Counted from the stretch's first letter, positions 36,155 to 50,381 are shown. The stretch: 64,000 nt of DNA from Macrostomum hystrix (GCA_950097015.1 CATNEN010000038.1:29512001-29576000); one strand, 5' to 3'. The notes: a model not told the origin generated them from the sequence alone. Translations and numbers: made by a program.

Positions 36155-39100
36155 ATGGAGATTTCCCATTTAACTAATAATAATCCGTTTCTTTATGTAA
36201 ACGGTGTTCGCTACGAAAGTGAGTATCCGAAAAATCTAGCTTTATAATATAAATTAACTATTTTGTTTATTTCATAATCAAAGCTATCGAAAGCTCACAT
36301 AATGCTCACACATCGTCACGCAATCATATATAAATATTGACGATAGCTTACTTTTTTAAGCCATAACTTCTTAAAATTCTGTTTTACGACTTATACAATC
36401 ATATTCACATTTTTCTCTTGAACTTGTTCGTCAAACATTTTCAAGTACCTCGCGACTGTGTCCCAGAGCTGAGTCTGAACAGCTTCCTCCGGGATGTCCT
36501 GCAGTTGATGGGTACCAAGGTGATGTGCGGCGAAGGCGGCTGCGGATGCTGCATCGTCAATGCGACTTTCAGGCATCCGGGAACTGGAGTTATTGACAGC
36601 ATTCCGGTCAACTCAGTGAGTTCGTGAACACTGCAATTTTTAACTAAATGCTGGAGGACCGAACGGTAGACTCCAGCTCCCTAAAGCATTTCCTTGCTAC
36701 AAAATTATAGTGCCTGACGCCTGTGTACTCTGCCATCGGTTGGCACGTGCTGACAGTCGAGGGTCTCGGCGGTGGCGGCAAGGCGCATCCCGACGGCTAC
36801 CACCCGATCCAGAGCCGTCTGGCCGACGGATTTGGCAGCCAGTGCGGCTTCTGCTCACCCGGCTTCGTCATGTCCGCCTACAGCCAGCTGAGAGAGAATC
36901 CGCGCCCCACCGAGGCGCAGGTGGAGCACTTCTTCGACGGCAACATCTGCCGCTGCACCGGCTACCGACCGATTCTGGACGCCATGAAGAGCTTCGCGTG
37001 CGACGGCAAGCAGGGCACAGCCGGGTGCCTGGACATCGAGGTGCGGCCCTGCAATATTATCTGAGACACTTTTAACTCGATATGGCATGTACTTGATCTT
37101 CTCGAAGAGCCTGATAAAAGCGTTTATCTCTGGACAGGACTTGAGTCCCGCCTGCTGCAAGAGCCTCTCTGTGAAGCCAATTCCCTCGGCGGGACTAGCG
37201 CCTGTGGCTCGCGGCTGGCGTGGCCAGAAGTTCTACAGTCCGGGCGGCATGTCGGACCTGCTGACGCTCGTGACGCGACACCGCAGCGACAAGTACCGCC
37301 TGGTGTTCGGCAACACCTCGGCTGGAGTCTTCAAGGATGACGCAGCCGCTGCGGAGTATTACATCAACGTGCGCAACGTGCCGGAGCTGCACGAGATCCA
37401 GGTGCGATGGGATTAGCAGTTTGATTGAAATCCTGTCAACTAGGAAGCGGAAAACTCGCATGCCAAACACTTCTTTCACAACTTTCATCAATGCAACAGG
37501 AGACGGAGGACAGCCTGCAGGTCGGTGCGAACGCGACCCTCCACGAGCTGCTGCAGCTCTTCGACCGCGTGTCGGCGAGCCGGCCGAAGTTCCGTCACCT
37601 GGCGCAGGCGTCTCGCCACCTGCAGGTGGTGGCCAATCAGGCAGTGCGTCGCAATGCCTGCTGGGCCGGCAACCTGATGATGAAGCACGCCCACCCAGAG
37701 TTTCCCTCCGATCTGTTCGTGCTGTTTGAGGCTGCCAAGGCGGTTGTCATGGTGACGGACTCGACCGGAACCCAGGAGTACATTCTGACCGACTTCCTGC
37801 GCCAGGACATGTCGGGCCGAGTGATCAGCGCCATCAGACTGCCGGGACTCGCCACCGACGTGCATCGGTTCGGCTCGTTCAAGGTCACGCCGAGAGCGCT
37901 GGTAGGAAAGCGATTTACCTGTCTAGCTCACTTTTTCTTTTCCTGATATGGAGAGTTAGTTCATGAGTTTGGACCTAAACCAAAGAAATCTTAAAAAAAA
38001 TAATTGACAGGAAAATTTGCCTGCACTTTCCGCCTCTCCAGAATGCGCATGCCTACGTGAACGCAGCCTTCAACGCGTGCGTCGATGAGACCGACGGCTT
38101 CCGCGTCACTGAAAGACCATCCATTGTCTACGGAGGAATTTCGCACAAGTTTGTAAGCTTCTTTCGAAGTCAATATCGCGTGCATGTAGAATCGCTTGCT
38201 TAAATTCGGCTATAGATTTAATTAGGTTTTTATAATTTTTCAGAATCACGCATTGAAAACGGAGAACTATTTGCTCAACAAAAAACTCTTGGATCAGGAG
38301 ACTATTGAAGGTGGGAATTGCGCACTGTGTGTCGAGTGGAATAGTTTTGTGTAGTATTAATGTTTCATAAAAGCTATACGCTATCTAATTATTTCTGATG
38401 GGAGGTGGTTAGCACTAACTAGCCAAGTGGTCGAAAGTCTCAATGACTTGAATCTCAAGTTTCAATGAGTAACGTCAAAAGGTTGTCATTAAATAAGACA
38501 CTACATTGTCCATCGCTTTTGTTCACCAAAAGTATAAAAAAATCTGAAAACGCAAGGTAGAAGACGTTCGAGTACACTATTGAGTTGACATGGCGTCCAA
38601 CATCCCAGTCCACGGACTGGCCTACCCAACAAAGACAGAATTTCTGCGCAATAGCTGCGGCTGTGCCTCTGGTTGTATATCCGGCTCAACTGTACTGAAA
38701 CCTGGCAAGATAGTCCTGACAGTGAAAAATAATTTCAGGAGCCGTAGCCATGCTGGAGTCGGAGGTGTCGCCAGACGAGCAGCCCACCTGGACGTCGCCA
38801 GCGAGTCGCCGCAACCTGGCCTCGAACCTGCTCTACAAGTTCATCTTGGGCGCGATCGGAGCCGACGTCCTGGCGCCCGAGGATGCCAGTGGAGGTCGCG
38901 TACTCGACCGAACAGTTCAGTCGACTCTGCAGGACTTCGAAGAGGCGCTGCAGCCGACGCCGCTCGGCAAGGCGACGCCGAAGCAGGAGGCCCGCGCTCA
39001 GGCCGCCGGGGAGGCCAAGTTCACCAACGACTCGCCGCCGCACGTCAACGAGCTGTTCGCCGCGTTCGTGCAAGCACCGGAGGCTCCCGGCGAGCTGAAG

Positions 39101-42100
39101 GGCTTCGAGACCGAAGAGGCTGAGGTCAATTCAGATTTAATTTAAGACTCAAATTTTATGACCGATTATGACTGATTAAAGTGATGGTTTCTTAGTACGG
39201 TTGGGATAAATTGTGCCGCGTTTAGTATAGTCTCAAAACAATTAATCTACTTGTGTAGTTATTGTAAGATTAGCGTTGGGGACATAGCTGCTTAATTTCT
39301 TTCTGAACAAAGGATTCACTTTCTAAGGAATATATATTGAAGATACAAACTTTCATCCAACAGAACGTTCCTGGCTTCGTAAGGATGCTGACGGCCAAAG
39401 ACTTGGAAAAACGCTACGTAAACGACATTGTGACGCCTTTTCTGCCTCCGGAGTCGGCGTGAGTATATTGTTCAAGGCAACGAGTACAGCTGATTTAAAA
39501 ACACTGCTTGTGACGCAATTCGGTGAAAAATTTCCGATTGCAGCAAAAAAATTAAACAGCAAAAATTACAATTCAATGACCGAAGAGTCCATAAACTTAG
39601 ACGCAATATGCAAATCCCAATTCCTAATTTCTGCTGCGGACAGCCAGAAAGAAGAGATTCTCAGCTCCGGTCCCATTCGCTACGCTGGCCAGCCTGTGGC
39701 CTTGGTCCTGGCTACCAGTCAGTGGGCCGCCGATTGCGCGGCCTCCCTGGTGACGGTGAACTTCGACCAGACTGGCGAGCCAATCACCAGCGTCGCCGAG
39801 GCGGTCGCCAAGTCGGCCGTCATCATGGAGAAGCCGCAGGAGTTTGTCGGCGAAGGCGGCGCCGATTCGCTGAAATCCGGGCTCGAGAGTGGCTGCCAGG
39901 TGGAGGGTCAGATCGTAGTGAACGAGCAGGCGCACTTCTTCCTGGAGAGTCTGACCGCCTGTGTGGAGCCTAACGAAGAAGGTCTGATTGTTACTTTGCT
40001 GGCTAATCAATTGTTCTCCCTACTGGCTTTTGTACTAACAGCATAAGTATTTTTTGGTTTGGCGAATTATAATAGTAATGACACTAGACCCGCAGCCAGC
40101 GAGGAGGCAATTCTGCCCATTTCACTGACTTTTTAGCACTGGGACTCTGTGCTATTGTCTCTGACCCCCTAGGATTGGGGAAATACTGAAATCCTTCATT
40201 TAGTAATTTTAGTTTAGCTTTTATTGAGTGGCTCTGTTGTCAAAAATTCAAATGCTGGTATATGGAACAATCAATTTTTTCCGTCCGAAATGCGGCCGTT
40301 CCAGTCAAACCTACTTAATAATAGCTTATAGCATGTAGCTTATAAACATGTCACGCAGGCCTGGTGATCACCGCCCCTCATCAGTGGTCCGACGAGCTGG
40401 TCTTCGTCCTAACACGTGTTCTCGGCCGCCCAGCCAGCCAGCTGCGAGTCATCACGCCCCGCATCGGCGGCGGCTTCGGTGGCAAACTCTTCATGGTGGA
40501 CCTCGTTGTTGCAGCCTGCGCCGTAGCTGCAGACATCACGAACCGTCCTGTGCGCATGTTCGTATCGCTCAACCGGTACATGGCCTTGGCGATGAAGCGT
40601 CCGGGCTGGCTCATGGCTTACCGAGCATCAGCTGACCCCGACACCGGTAAGCTCCGCGCCATCAGCTGGGAGGTGAACCAGGAGGCTGGTTACACACTGA
40701 ACATGCAGGCGATGATTGCCGACGAGTTCAAAAACAACATGGACCAGGCATATCACTGCCCGAGCTACGGTCTCAGGACTCGATTCCTGCGCACAGACAA
40801 GCCGGAGAGCACGTTCATGCGAGGACCGGGGCCTTCGCCGACTTCCGTTTCCTGCCTGCTGATGATGGACCACCTGGCATTTCAACTGGGTGTTGACCCC
40901 ATCCAGTTTAAGCATAATAACCTCTACCGAGAGGGAGATGTAAGTGTGAATTTATTTAACGGTTTTCCGAGTTTATGCCCTGCATACGAAATTCGATGAT
41001 TGGCAAAATCTTTTAGACGAACTTGTTCGGTGGCAAGCGCATTTCCGACAACTACCATCGAATGTGGCAGGAACTTTGGGAGGTTGCTGACATTGAAAGC
41101 AGACTAGCTGAGATTGCCGACTTTAATAAGGTAACTATGGACAAACAATAGCACAGCTTCGAAAATAATTGTACTTTTGTATGTTGAATTCGTTAAAGTG
41201 TTTAAAAACTAATATTTTCGCTTTCATTTTTAGACGAATAAGTTCCGAAAACGTGGCCTCGACATGGGCCCGAGCTCGCAGTACATGGGCTACGATCGCG
41301 GTCGACCCTCCCAGGTATACCTGGCAGTGCAGTCAATCGACGGCACGGTCACCATGACCCCTAGCGGCGTTGAAATGGGTCAAGGCCTTGGTGTCAAATG
41401 CGCCCAAGCTGTCGCTGCCTTGTTGGATATTGACCTCACAAAAATCAAGATCAAGCCAACAGACACACACATCACTCCGAACGTTGAAGCCACTGGTGGC
41501 AGCCTGACTAGCGAGTGGAACTGCAAAGCGGCTGCTGATGCCGCCTTGCAGCTGGTGGATAAGCTGCGTCCGATACGCGAGGCAAACCCTGAGGACTCAT
41601 GGGAGGCTCTGGTCGCTAAGGCTGTAGCTGCTGGCATCAGCCTCACTTCTATGGGGTCGTAAGTCAATATAAAGTCATAGTTATTTTAATTAGTATTTAC
41701 CTCTTTAAGCGGGTTTTTAATCCAGTATCAACAAAAATTGCTCGGTCATAATCACAATTGTAATTGTGCTCGTGTCGGCTTACTTGACTTATCACTTATC
41801 AGCTTATCTTATCAGCTGGGTGCATCGGTCCGAGCGGACGCCTACTCCACTAGCCACTGTCAAACAGAAAACCTCCAGTGAGTTGTTACTACTTAGTGGG
41901 ACCCGTCGGTCACATCTGTAGCGCGCAACTCACGCCAGAAGTGGGGAAGAAGTAGCTCGTCGTGGCGGCGTCAGAGAGCGTTGGGCTTGTTCAAAGATAT
42001 TACAAGCGCGCCCTCGAGAAGGCTAGACAGTGACCGATATAGTGTTCCATGTTTTCACTTGCGGATTGGCAAAGCGGACACAGCTTCCTTGATACCTGGA

Positions 42101-42885
42101 ACTTAAGGAAGCGGTGAAGCGAGATGCCTTGATAGAACCATATATGCTAAAAGCTCTGACTTATTTGCAATCAAGCCGAAGTTTTTTCACGAGGCTAAAC
42201 GACGGACAGGGCACCGGCGGCCCTGAACAGACGATTAATCAACTTCCTACCTTCTTGCTTGCTATCTCTCAATATCTCACGAAAAAACCGCAAAAGCTAT
42301 TCCCTGTCCTGCCCTATAAAATCCTTGACCTTCGCCAGATTCATGTCCACTGACAAGGACCCGAACAATGGAAAGTACCACACAACCGGCATGGGCGCCA
42401 TCGAGGCCGAAGTGGATGTTCTCACCGGCCAGTACCAGATCCGTCGGGCCGACCTCATGATGGACCTGGGCAAGTCGCTCAACCCCGGAGTCGATGTCGG
42501 CCAGGTGGAGGGCGGCTTCGTCATGGGCATGGGCTACTACCTGATGGAGCGCACCGTGTACGACGCTGACAACGGACGCAACCTCACCGACGGCACCTGG
42601 GAGTACAAAGTGCCGCTGGCTGCAGACACTCCGCGCGACTTCCGCGTCCACCTGCTGAAGAAGACGAGCAATCCGTTTGGCGTGTTCGGCACGAAGGCGA
42701 TCGGCGAGCCGGCAGTGTGCCTGGCCTCGCTGTGCGTCACGGCGGTGAAGCGCGCAATCGAGGCCTTTCGCAGCGCCCAGGGCAAGCCGAGACGCTGGCT
42801 GAGCTTCGAGCTGCCACTGACGCCGGAGCGGGTGCTGCAGCTGTGCGAGGTGGGTCCTGAGGACCGGCGCTTCACCCAAAAGTGA
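36155..42885 (+). CDS. Aldehyde oxidase-like molybdo-flavoenzyme (XDH/AOX family), copy 1, ~1297 aa; exons 36155-36218, 36446-36615, 36711-37040, 37138-37401, 37500-37901, 38042-38152, 38244-38310, 38739-39124, 39364-39458, 39644-39981, 40359-40939, 41017-41130, 41234-41658, 42339-42885
   Basis: Fe-S motifs GTKVMCGEGGCGCC, QCGFCSPG and GNICRCTGYRPI; FAD GNTSAG; Moco EQAHFFLE, GGGFGGK, GVEMGQG, DVGQVEGGFVMG and KAIGEP. Spliced length 3894 nt, in frame. Confidence 0.93.
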
Positions 42886-44659
42886 AGTGCATCGTGAGCT
42901 CTGTGCGAGCTTAGTGATCTATACCTTAGTGCCTTCGTCAACAAAGGCATAAACGATCAGGAACGATCAGAGACCCAGCAATAGAACAACTAAGGTAGTT
43001 ACTAAAAACTAAAATTAATTGATTTGAATAAACTTTTTTGCTTTCCGTTTTTCTCTAGGTATTGAACCATGCATATTTTTAAGGCGAGTCTTGTAGCTGC
43101 TTAATGTTTAATTAATCTAGATTAGTTCCGACTTTTATAGCTCCCATATATTTTATAGCTCCCATATCCCATATAGCTCCCTAATCATTTTAAAGAGTTG
43201 AAAAGTTTTTCTAAAGTTTGATAGTAAAAATTGCTATTTTCGAGTTGTCGAATCAGAAGCGAGAATATAATTTGATTAGCAACAGTCGTATCGCACTACT
43301 TGTTAACTTTAAAGTAGTTCAAAATATAAGTTTTTAAATTAGGCTTTAAATGACTTTGATGACTTTCTGAAATCTCTTGTGCAACTGACGACAACGCTTT
43401 CTACACACGTGCAGGTTTTTCTTGCTTGAATTGACCATTATAAGCCGACAGCGGGTCCGATGCCGCACCGTTTTCGCAGTGGCGTAGCAAGGATTTTTGT
43501 CTAGGGGGCGCCTTTCCGGGGCGCCACTACCACACGTATAGGGCCCCACTACCACGGGGGCGCCACTACTTGCTTTGCGCACCTGCGATAGAGCGAGTAA
43601 CGTACATTCTCTTTTATAATGCGCTCTGTCAATCTGTCGGAATTAAACTTATGGAGCAAGCTTTAATGCCATAGACAGCAAGGCAAAGGAGGGGTAAGCC
43701 ACTAGGATGAAAACCTAGTAGGGACTGACCATAAACTGTCGGATTTGGATGCAATTTGAACAAAATAGACTGCAGCTGTGCCACAACTGAGCGAGGAAAG
43801 GTGCAGTTAATTAAAATCATGGACTTCTCTAGCTAGCACCTGGACTGGAAGGCTCTGCCCCGAGTCTACAATGAGGCCATAGATGAGGCCATAGATTTCC
43901 CGGTAGATAAAATCAATATGTATTTCACCAGCTATCCTATGTCAGAAGTTTAGTTCTTCTGCTTTGACAAAAGCGCTCTCATTAGATGCAACCAGAAAAT
44001 AATTTACGCAGATATATTTTTTGTACAGATTTCTTTCAGCAGTTGAAATCAATCATTGCGCTGCATTCATTTCTAGTCGTACCCAGGAATCAAAAGTAGG
44101 GCATGAATCTTTGACAGGGGAGGCAAAAGTCAAAGTCCAATTCTGACGGAGACTTTCGGTCTTTTTATTTTAAATTTTAAATTTTTCAGAGTTCACTGTT
44201 TTCAGCTGGACCATGCATTATCCAATATGGCTCCAATGAGATCCCATTAGACAACACCTTGGCTTTGGGAGGCCAGGCCTTTACCTACCCATTAAAATAT
44301 GGTGCAGGATACTTGGCTAAGACTCTTACCTTCAAGCATGTAGATACAAAGTTGCTCTTCGCAAATGCTCGTCTGAAACCCAGATGCCGATTCTCCACAG
44401 AATAGAACTTCTAGACCCTAAAGGGGAATGAGCAAGGATGGAGTCGCTGCTCAACAAGCTGTCTATCTGATACTCCAGGCGCCTGTTGTCACTCGAGCTT
44501 ATGAAGATGCAACACAAACGCTGCGAACAGCTGGCGGAGTCTTTGACAGGTATGCTGGTGCATTTGGGAAGATGCTGAGTGGATGAAGCTCACGGAAAAA
44601 TAATCGGTTCCAACCTGCTCGAAGGGCTTGAAAACCATGGCCTCGTGTCATAGAAAAAA

Positions 44660-45820
44660 CTGTCGACTGAACTAACCTCTTAGGTAGAATCTGCTTCAGT
44701 CTGAAAAATTCTGATGGAAATAGCTATTCACCAGCAACCTTGCATAGGTTACTTACTTGACTCTCGTGCTAAAGCGTCGATTGGTGACGCGTTTGCCACT
44801 GCGAATCGTATGCTGCGGGTCAAGGTGAGGCATTTTGATGGCGATGGAGGCACTGTCAAACAGCACGAGCCAATGGAAAAGGGTCATTACGAGAAGGTGT
44901 TGTGTCCCGAGACGGACCAGCTGCTCTTGCCTCGCGCTCTCTACGAACAGGGAGACTCGACAATCCAGACGTCCTACTCGCCAGCTACTGTCGCACTGAA
45001 CGTGCTCAAAATCACTGACAACCGGGGGCGCACGAGCGCGCTGGCCCTGGCGGCCAATGTCACGATGCTGGACCCAGGTGGTAAAATAACGAAGAGACAC
45101 AACTTACTTCTGGCTGGTGTCAGCGGTCAGGCTGCTCCAGGCGGACTCAGAAATGCTTTGTTTATTGTGAACTAAATTGATTTTTCGCAGTACGAGGTAG
45201 TCTTTACGAAACAAATTTGAGCAGTACGCGATCAAACGCAGTAGCGCAAGCTACACAAATTGTACTACAAAAAGGCAGCTACTTGGGTTAGGGGTTGGCC
45301 AGACAGGAAAACCGATGCACACAACACCAAACTCAAGCCGCAAGCGCGCAAGGAGGGGTAGGGTTATACGCGCTGGCCGAGTGGACAGACATAGCTACGC
45401 AGAGCTGATTGGCAGGAGGGGCAAAGCTATGCAGGGCTGGAAAGGGAGTGAGAGACAACGCCCGCGCCCAGCCAATCAGGTGGCGGCTCAGGGCAGCAGA
45501 GCAGAGACGGGGGAGGAGGGTAAGAGAGGGCGAGCCAATCAAAGCGACCTGACACAACAGCCTAGAAAATGCAAAACTAAATTACACGTAGCATGATTCA
45601 CTACAAAAAGTCGACTTACAGAAAATGCGCTCCTACTTTGATCGTTCCACTGCTGAACGGTTGCAAGATGAAGAAGTATTTAGCGCTGTTTTATGTCCTC
45701 GGCGAGAGAGGTCAAGGACACCTGTCAAGTTTAAAGCAAGTTGGTACGCTACAAGAAGGTGTCGACGCTGATGGGAATCCGTACCTTTCGTTGCCAGCGT
45801 TGAAAATGAAGATGGAGAGT
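44660..45820 (+). pseudogene. Second, decayed Crypton tyrosine-recombinase copy split by a ~700-bp insertion
   Basis: LKNSDGNSYSPATL and ATANRMLRVKVRHFDGDGG before ~44885; DLQKMRSYFDRSTAERLQDE and LFYVLGERGQGHL...EGVDADGNPYLSLP after ~45610. Both match the 4964-5926 ORF colinearly, with frameshifts. Confidence 0.85.
45118..45559 (-). mobile_element. LTR-like fragment within the insertion in Crypton copy 2
   Basis: Minus strand starts TGTTGTG, has several CCAAT/ATTGG boxes and an AATAAA near 45160. No TSD found. Confidence 0.35.
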
Positions 45821-46486
45821 ATACGAGAGTCAATAGCATTTTCACAAAAATACAGAAAAATAGTTCAGACAAAGAATATCTTTACATCCTAGGCTTACAA
45901 TACACACCTCAGTCGTTTAATGCGCGCTTTTTTATTATAAAATCATGTCAAAAGATTTTAGTAACTCAAGTTAGCAACATTCCAGCAATTCTATCGAGGG
46001 TCCTATTCATTCAAAATTTTCATATCGTATGCTACGGTTCATGAGTCTCATTTCATATAATAGAATAAATTTGTGTTTGGTAGCTTTTGTTTGGTATTTT
46101 AAGACACACAGGAGAAATTGTGGCTTTGCATTGCGTCGGTAAGAAAGGACTGGATTCAAGTGGCGCCAAAAGCATTCTGTGCGTGGTAAATTAGACTACA
46201 GAGAGACAATGGCATCAATTTAAACGCGTCTCCTACAATTTGACCTAGCTGTACAGATTGCAACTGACACATAAAAGCTCTGAGTCTTTTAGTGGCTGGT
46301 ATGAAATGCACGATGCTATTTCAATGGCTGTAGCTAGACTTATTCTGTACATGTAAACTAGCAGACACTAATGGCTTTGTAAACAGGACTGTACGGGCTA
46401 TACTCTTAGAAGGCGATATTCGTACGAAAAAAATAAACCCTTTAAGCAAGTTTTAACATTGATGCTTTTACGGAGATCGTACAATG

Positions 46487-49400
46487 AGACACTTTGAGAA
46501 CAGGATGATCGGAGACTGTAAGATCCTACCATGAGACATTATGAAATCCTATTAACCAGACACTTTGAGATCAGGATGATCGGAGGGTGTAAGATCCTAC
46601 CATGAGACATTATGAAATCCTATTAACCAGACACTTTGAGATCAGGATGATCGGAGGGTGTAAGATCCTACCATGAGACATTATGAAATCCTACTAACGA
46701 GACACTTTGAGATCAGGATGATCGGAGGGTGTAAGATCCTACCATGAGACATTATGAAATCCTATTAACCAGACACTTTGAGATCAGGATGATCGGAGGG
46801 TGTAAGATCCTACCATGAGACATTATGAAATCCTATTAACCAGACACTTTGAGATCAGGATGATCGGAGGGTGTAAGATCCTACCATGAGACATTATGAA
46901 ATCCTATTAACCAGACACTTTGAGATCAGGATGATCGGAGACTGTAAGATCCTACCATGAGACATTATGAAATCCTATTAACCAGACACTTTGAGATCAG
47001 GATGATCGGAGGGTGTAAGATCCTACCATGAGACATTATGAAATCCTATTAACCAGACACTTTGAGATCAGGATGATCGGAGGGTGTAAGATCCTACCAT
47101 GAGACATTATGAAATCCTATTAACCAGACACTTTGAGATCAGGATGATCGGAGGGTGTAAGATCCTACCATGAGACATTATGAAATCCCATCAACGAGCA
47201 CTTTGAGATCAGGATGATCGGAGGGTGTAAGATCCTACCATGAGACATTATGAAATCCTATTAACCAGACACTTTGAGATCAGGATGATCGGAGGGTGTA
47301 AGATCCTACCATGAGACATTATGAAATCCTACTAACGAGACACTTTGAGATCAGGATGATCGGAGGGTGTAAGATCCTACCATGAGACATTATGAAATCC
47401 TATTAACCAGACACTTTGAGATCAGGATGATCGGAGGGTGTAAGATCCTACCATGAGACATTATGAAATCCTATTAACCAGACACTTTGAGATCAGGATG
47501 ATCGGAGGGTGTAAGATCCTACCATGAGACATTATGAAATCCTATTAACCAGACACTTTGAGATCAGGATGATCGGAGGGTGTAAGATCCTACCATGAGA
47601 CATTATGAAATCCCATCAACGAGCACTTTGAGATCAGGATGATCGGAGGGTGTAAGATCCTACCATGAGACATTATGAAATCCTATTAACCAGACACTTT
47701 GAGATCAGGATGATCGGAGGGTGTAAGATCCTACCATGAGACATTATGAAATCCTACTAACGAGACACTTTGAGATCAGGATGATCGGAGGGTGTAAGAT
47801 CCTACCATGAGACATTATGAAATCCTATTAACCAGACACTTTGAGATCAGGATGATCGGAGGGTGTAAGATCCTACCATGAGACATTATGAAATCCTATT
47901 AACCAGACACTTTGAGATCAGGATGATCGGAGGGTGTAAGATCCTACCATGAGACATTATGAAATCCTATTAACCAGACACTTTGAGATCAGGATGATCG
48001 GAGGGTGTAAGATCCTACCATGAGACATTATGAAATCCTATTAACGAGACACTTTGAGATCAGGATGATCGGAGGGTGTAAGATCCTACCATGAGACATT
48101 ATGAAATCCCATCAACGAGCACTTTGAGATCAGGATGATCGGAGGGTGTAAGATCCTACCATGAGACATTATGAAATCCTATTAACCAGACACTTTGAGA
48201 TCAGGATAATCGGAGGGTGTAAGATCCTACCATGAGACATTATGAAATCCTACTAACGAGACACTTTGAGATCAGGATGATCGGAGGGTGTAAGATCCTA
48301 CCATGAGACATTATGAAATCCTATTAACCAGACACTTTGAGATCAGGATGATCGGAGGGTGTAAGATCCTACCATGAGACATTATGAAATCCCATCAACG
48401 AGCACTTTGAGATCAGGATGATCGGAGGGTGTAAGATCCTACCATGAGACATTATGAAATCCTATTAACCAGACACTTTGAGATCAGGATGATCGGAGGG
48501 TGTAAGATCCTACCATGAGACATTATGAAATCCTACTAACGAGACACTTTGAGATCAGGATGATCGGAGGGTGTAAGATCCTACCATGAGACATTATGAA
48601 ATCCTATTAACCAGACACTTTGAGATCAGGATGATCGGAGGGTGTAAGATCCTACCATGAGACATTATGAAATCCTATTAACCAGACACCTTGAGATCAG
48701 GATGATCGGAGGGTGTAAGATCCTACCATGAGACATTATGAAATCCCATCAACGAGCACTTTGAGATCAGGATGATCGGAGGGTGTAAGATCCTACCATG
48801 AGACATTATGAAATCCTATTAACCAGACACTTTGAGATCAGGATGATCGGAGGGTGCAAGATCCTACCATGAGACATTATGAAATCCTACTAACGAGACA
48901 CTTTGAGATCAGGATGATCGGAGGGTGTAAGATCCAACCATGAGACATTATGAAATCCTACCAACGAGAAACTCTGAGATCAGGATGATCGGAGGGTGTA
49001 AGATCCTACCATGAGACATTATGAAATCCCATCAACGAGCACTTTGAGATCAGGATGATCGGAGGGTGTAAGATCCTACCATGAGACATTATGAAATCCC
49101 ATCAACGAGCACTTTGAGATCAGGATGATCGGAGGGTGTAAGATCCTACCATGAGACATTATGAAATCCTATTAACCAGACACTTTGAGATCAGGATGAT
49201 CGGAGGGTGCAAGATCCTACCATGAGACATTATGAAATCCTACTAACGAGACACTTTGAGATCAGGATGATCGGAGGGTGTAAGATCCAACCATGAGACA
49301 TTATGAAATCCTACCAACGAGAAACTCTGAGATCAGGATGATCGGAGGGTGTAAGATCCTACCATGAGACATTATGAAATCCTATCAACGAGCACTTTGA

Positions 49401-50040
49401 GATCAGGATGATCGGAGGGTGTAAGATCCTACCATGAGACATTATGAAATCCTATTAACCAGACACTTTGAGATCAGGATGATCGGAGGGTGCAAGATCC
49501 TACCATGAGACATTATGAAATCCTACTAACGAGACACTTTGAGATCAGGATGATCGGAGGGTGTAAGATCCAACCATGAGACATTATGAAATCCTACCAA
49601 CGAGAAACTCTGAGATCAGGATGATCGGAGGGTGTAAGATCCTACCATGAGACATTATGAAATCCCATCAACGAGCACTTTGAGATCAGGATGATCGGAG
49701 GGTGTAAGATCCTACCATGAGACATTATGAAATCCTATTAACCAGACACTTTGAGATCAGGATGATCGGAGGGTGCAAGATCCTACCATGAGACATTATG
49801 AAATCCTACTAACGAGACACTTTGAGATCAGGATGATCGGAGGGTGTAAGATCCAACCATGAGACATTATGAAATCCTACCAACGAGAAACTCTGAGATC
49901 AGGATGATCGGAGGGTGTAAGATCCTACCATGAGACATTATGAAATCCTATCAACGAGCACTTTGAGATCAGGATGATCGGAGGGTGTAAGATCCTACCA
50001 TGAGACATTATGAAATCCTATCACGGAGGCACTTTGAGTT
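46487..50040 (+). repeat. 70/71-bp satellite (~50 copies) between the two AOX genes
   Basis: gacactttgagatcaggatgatcggagggtgtaagatcctaccatgagacattatgaaatcctattaacca repeated with a few recurring variants. Confidence 0.98.
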
Positions 50041-50381
50041 TTTTCAAATCGGCATATCTACCAGTAAATGAAATAAATTGAGTCTTATTTGGTCTAAAAT
50101 ATGAAGTTATTCTCATTGGCTGCACAGTTTGAGAACTGAGGTAAGCTTAGCAGCACTGCTTGTGTCAAGCAGAAACGTTTTGCATGCGCCTCACCCTTAA
50201 GACCGGGGCCACTCACTGTCCTGAGACCTTAAGCTAAAGTGAAGCAACAATAAAGTGCTATTTAAAGTGGGGTCTTATCACACTGCAGTCAAGTAGCAGA
50301 GTCTACAGAAAAACACTGAGTCGTTATCATTACATATTGTGAACTAAAGTAACTCCGAAACTTGGCATAGAAAAATATCCT

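Noticed and set aside
37195-42950. Many antisense and alternative-frame ORFs over AOX, hexokinase and the Pro-rich exon
   Set aside because: Shadow ORFs from GC-rich codon usage.
43477-43570. hAT-like MITE end (cagtggcgtagc), with a similar end near 8930
   Set aside because: No partner TIR or TSD found; too little to annotate.
46487-50040. CRISPR-like array (constant repeat plus short variable window)
   Set aside because: The variable segments are four recurring related alleles rather than unique spacers; eukaryotic context and no cas genes.
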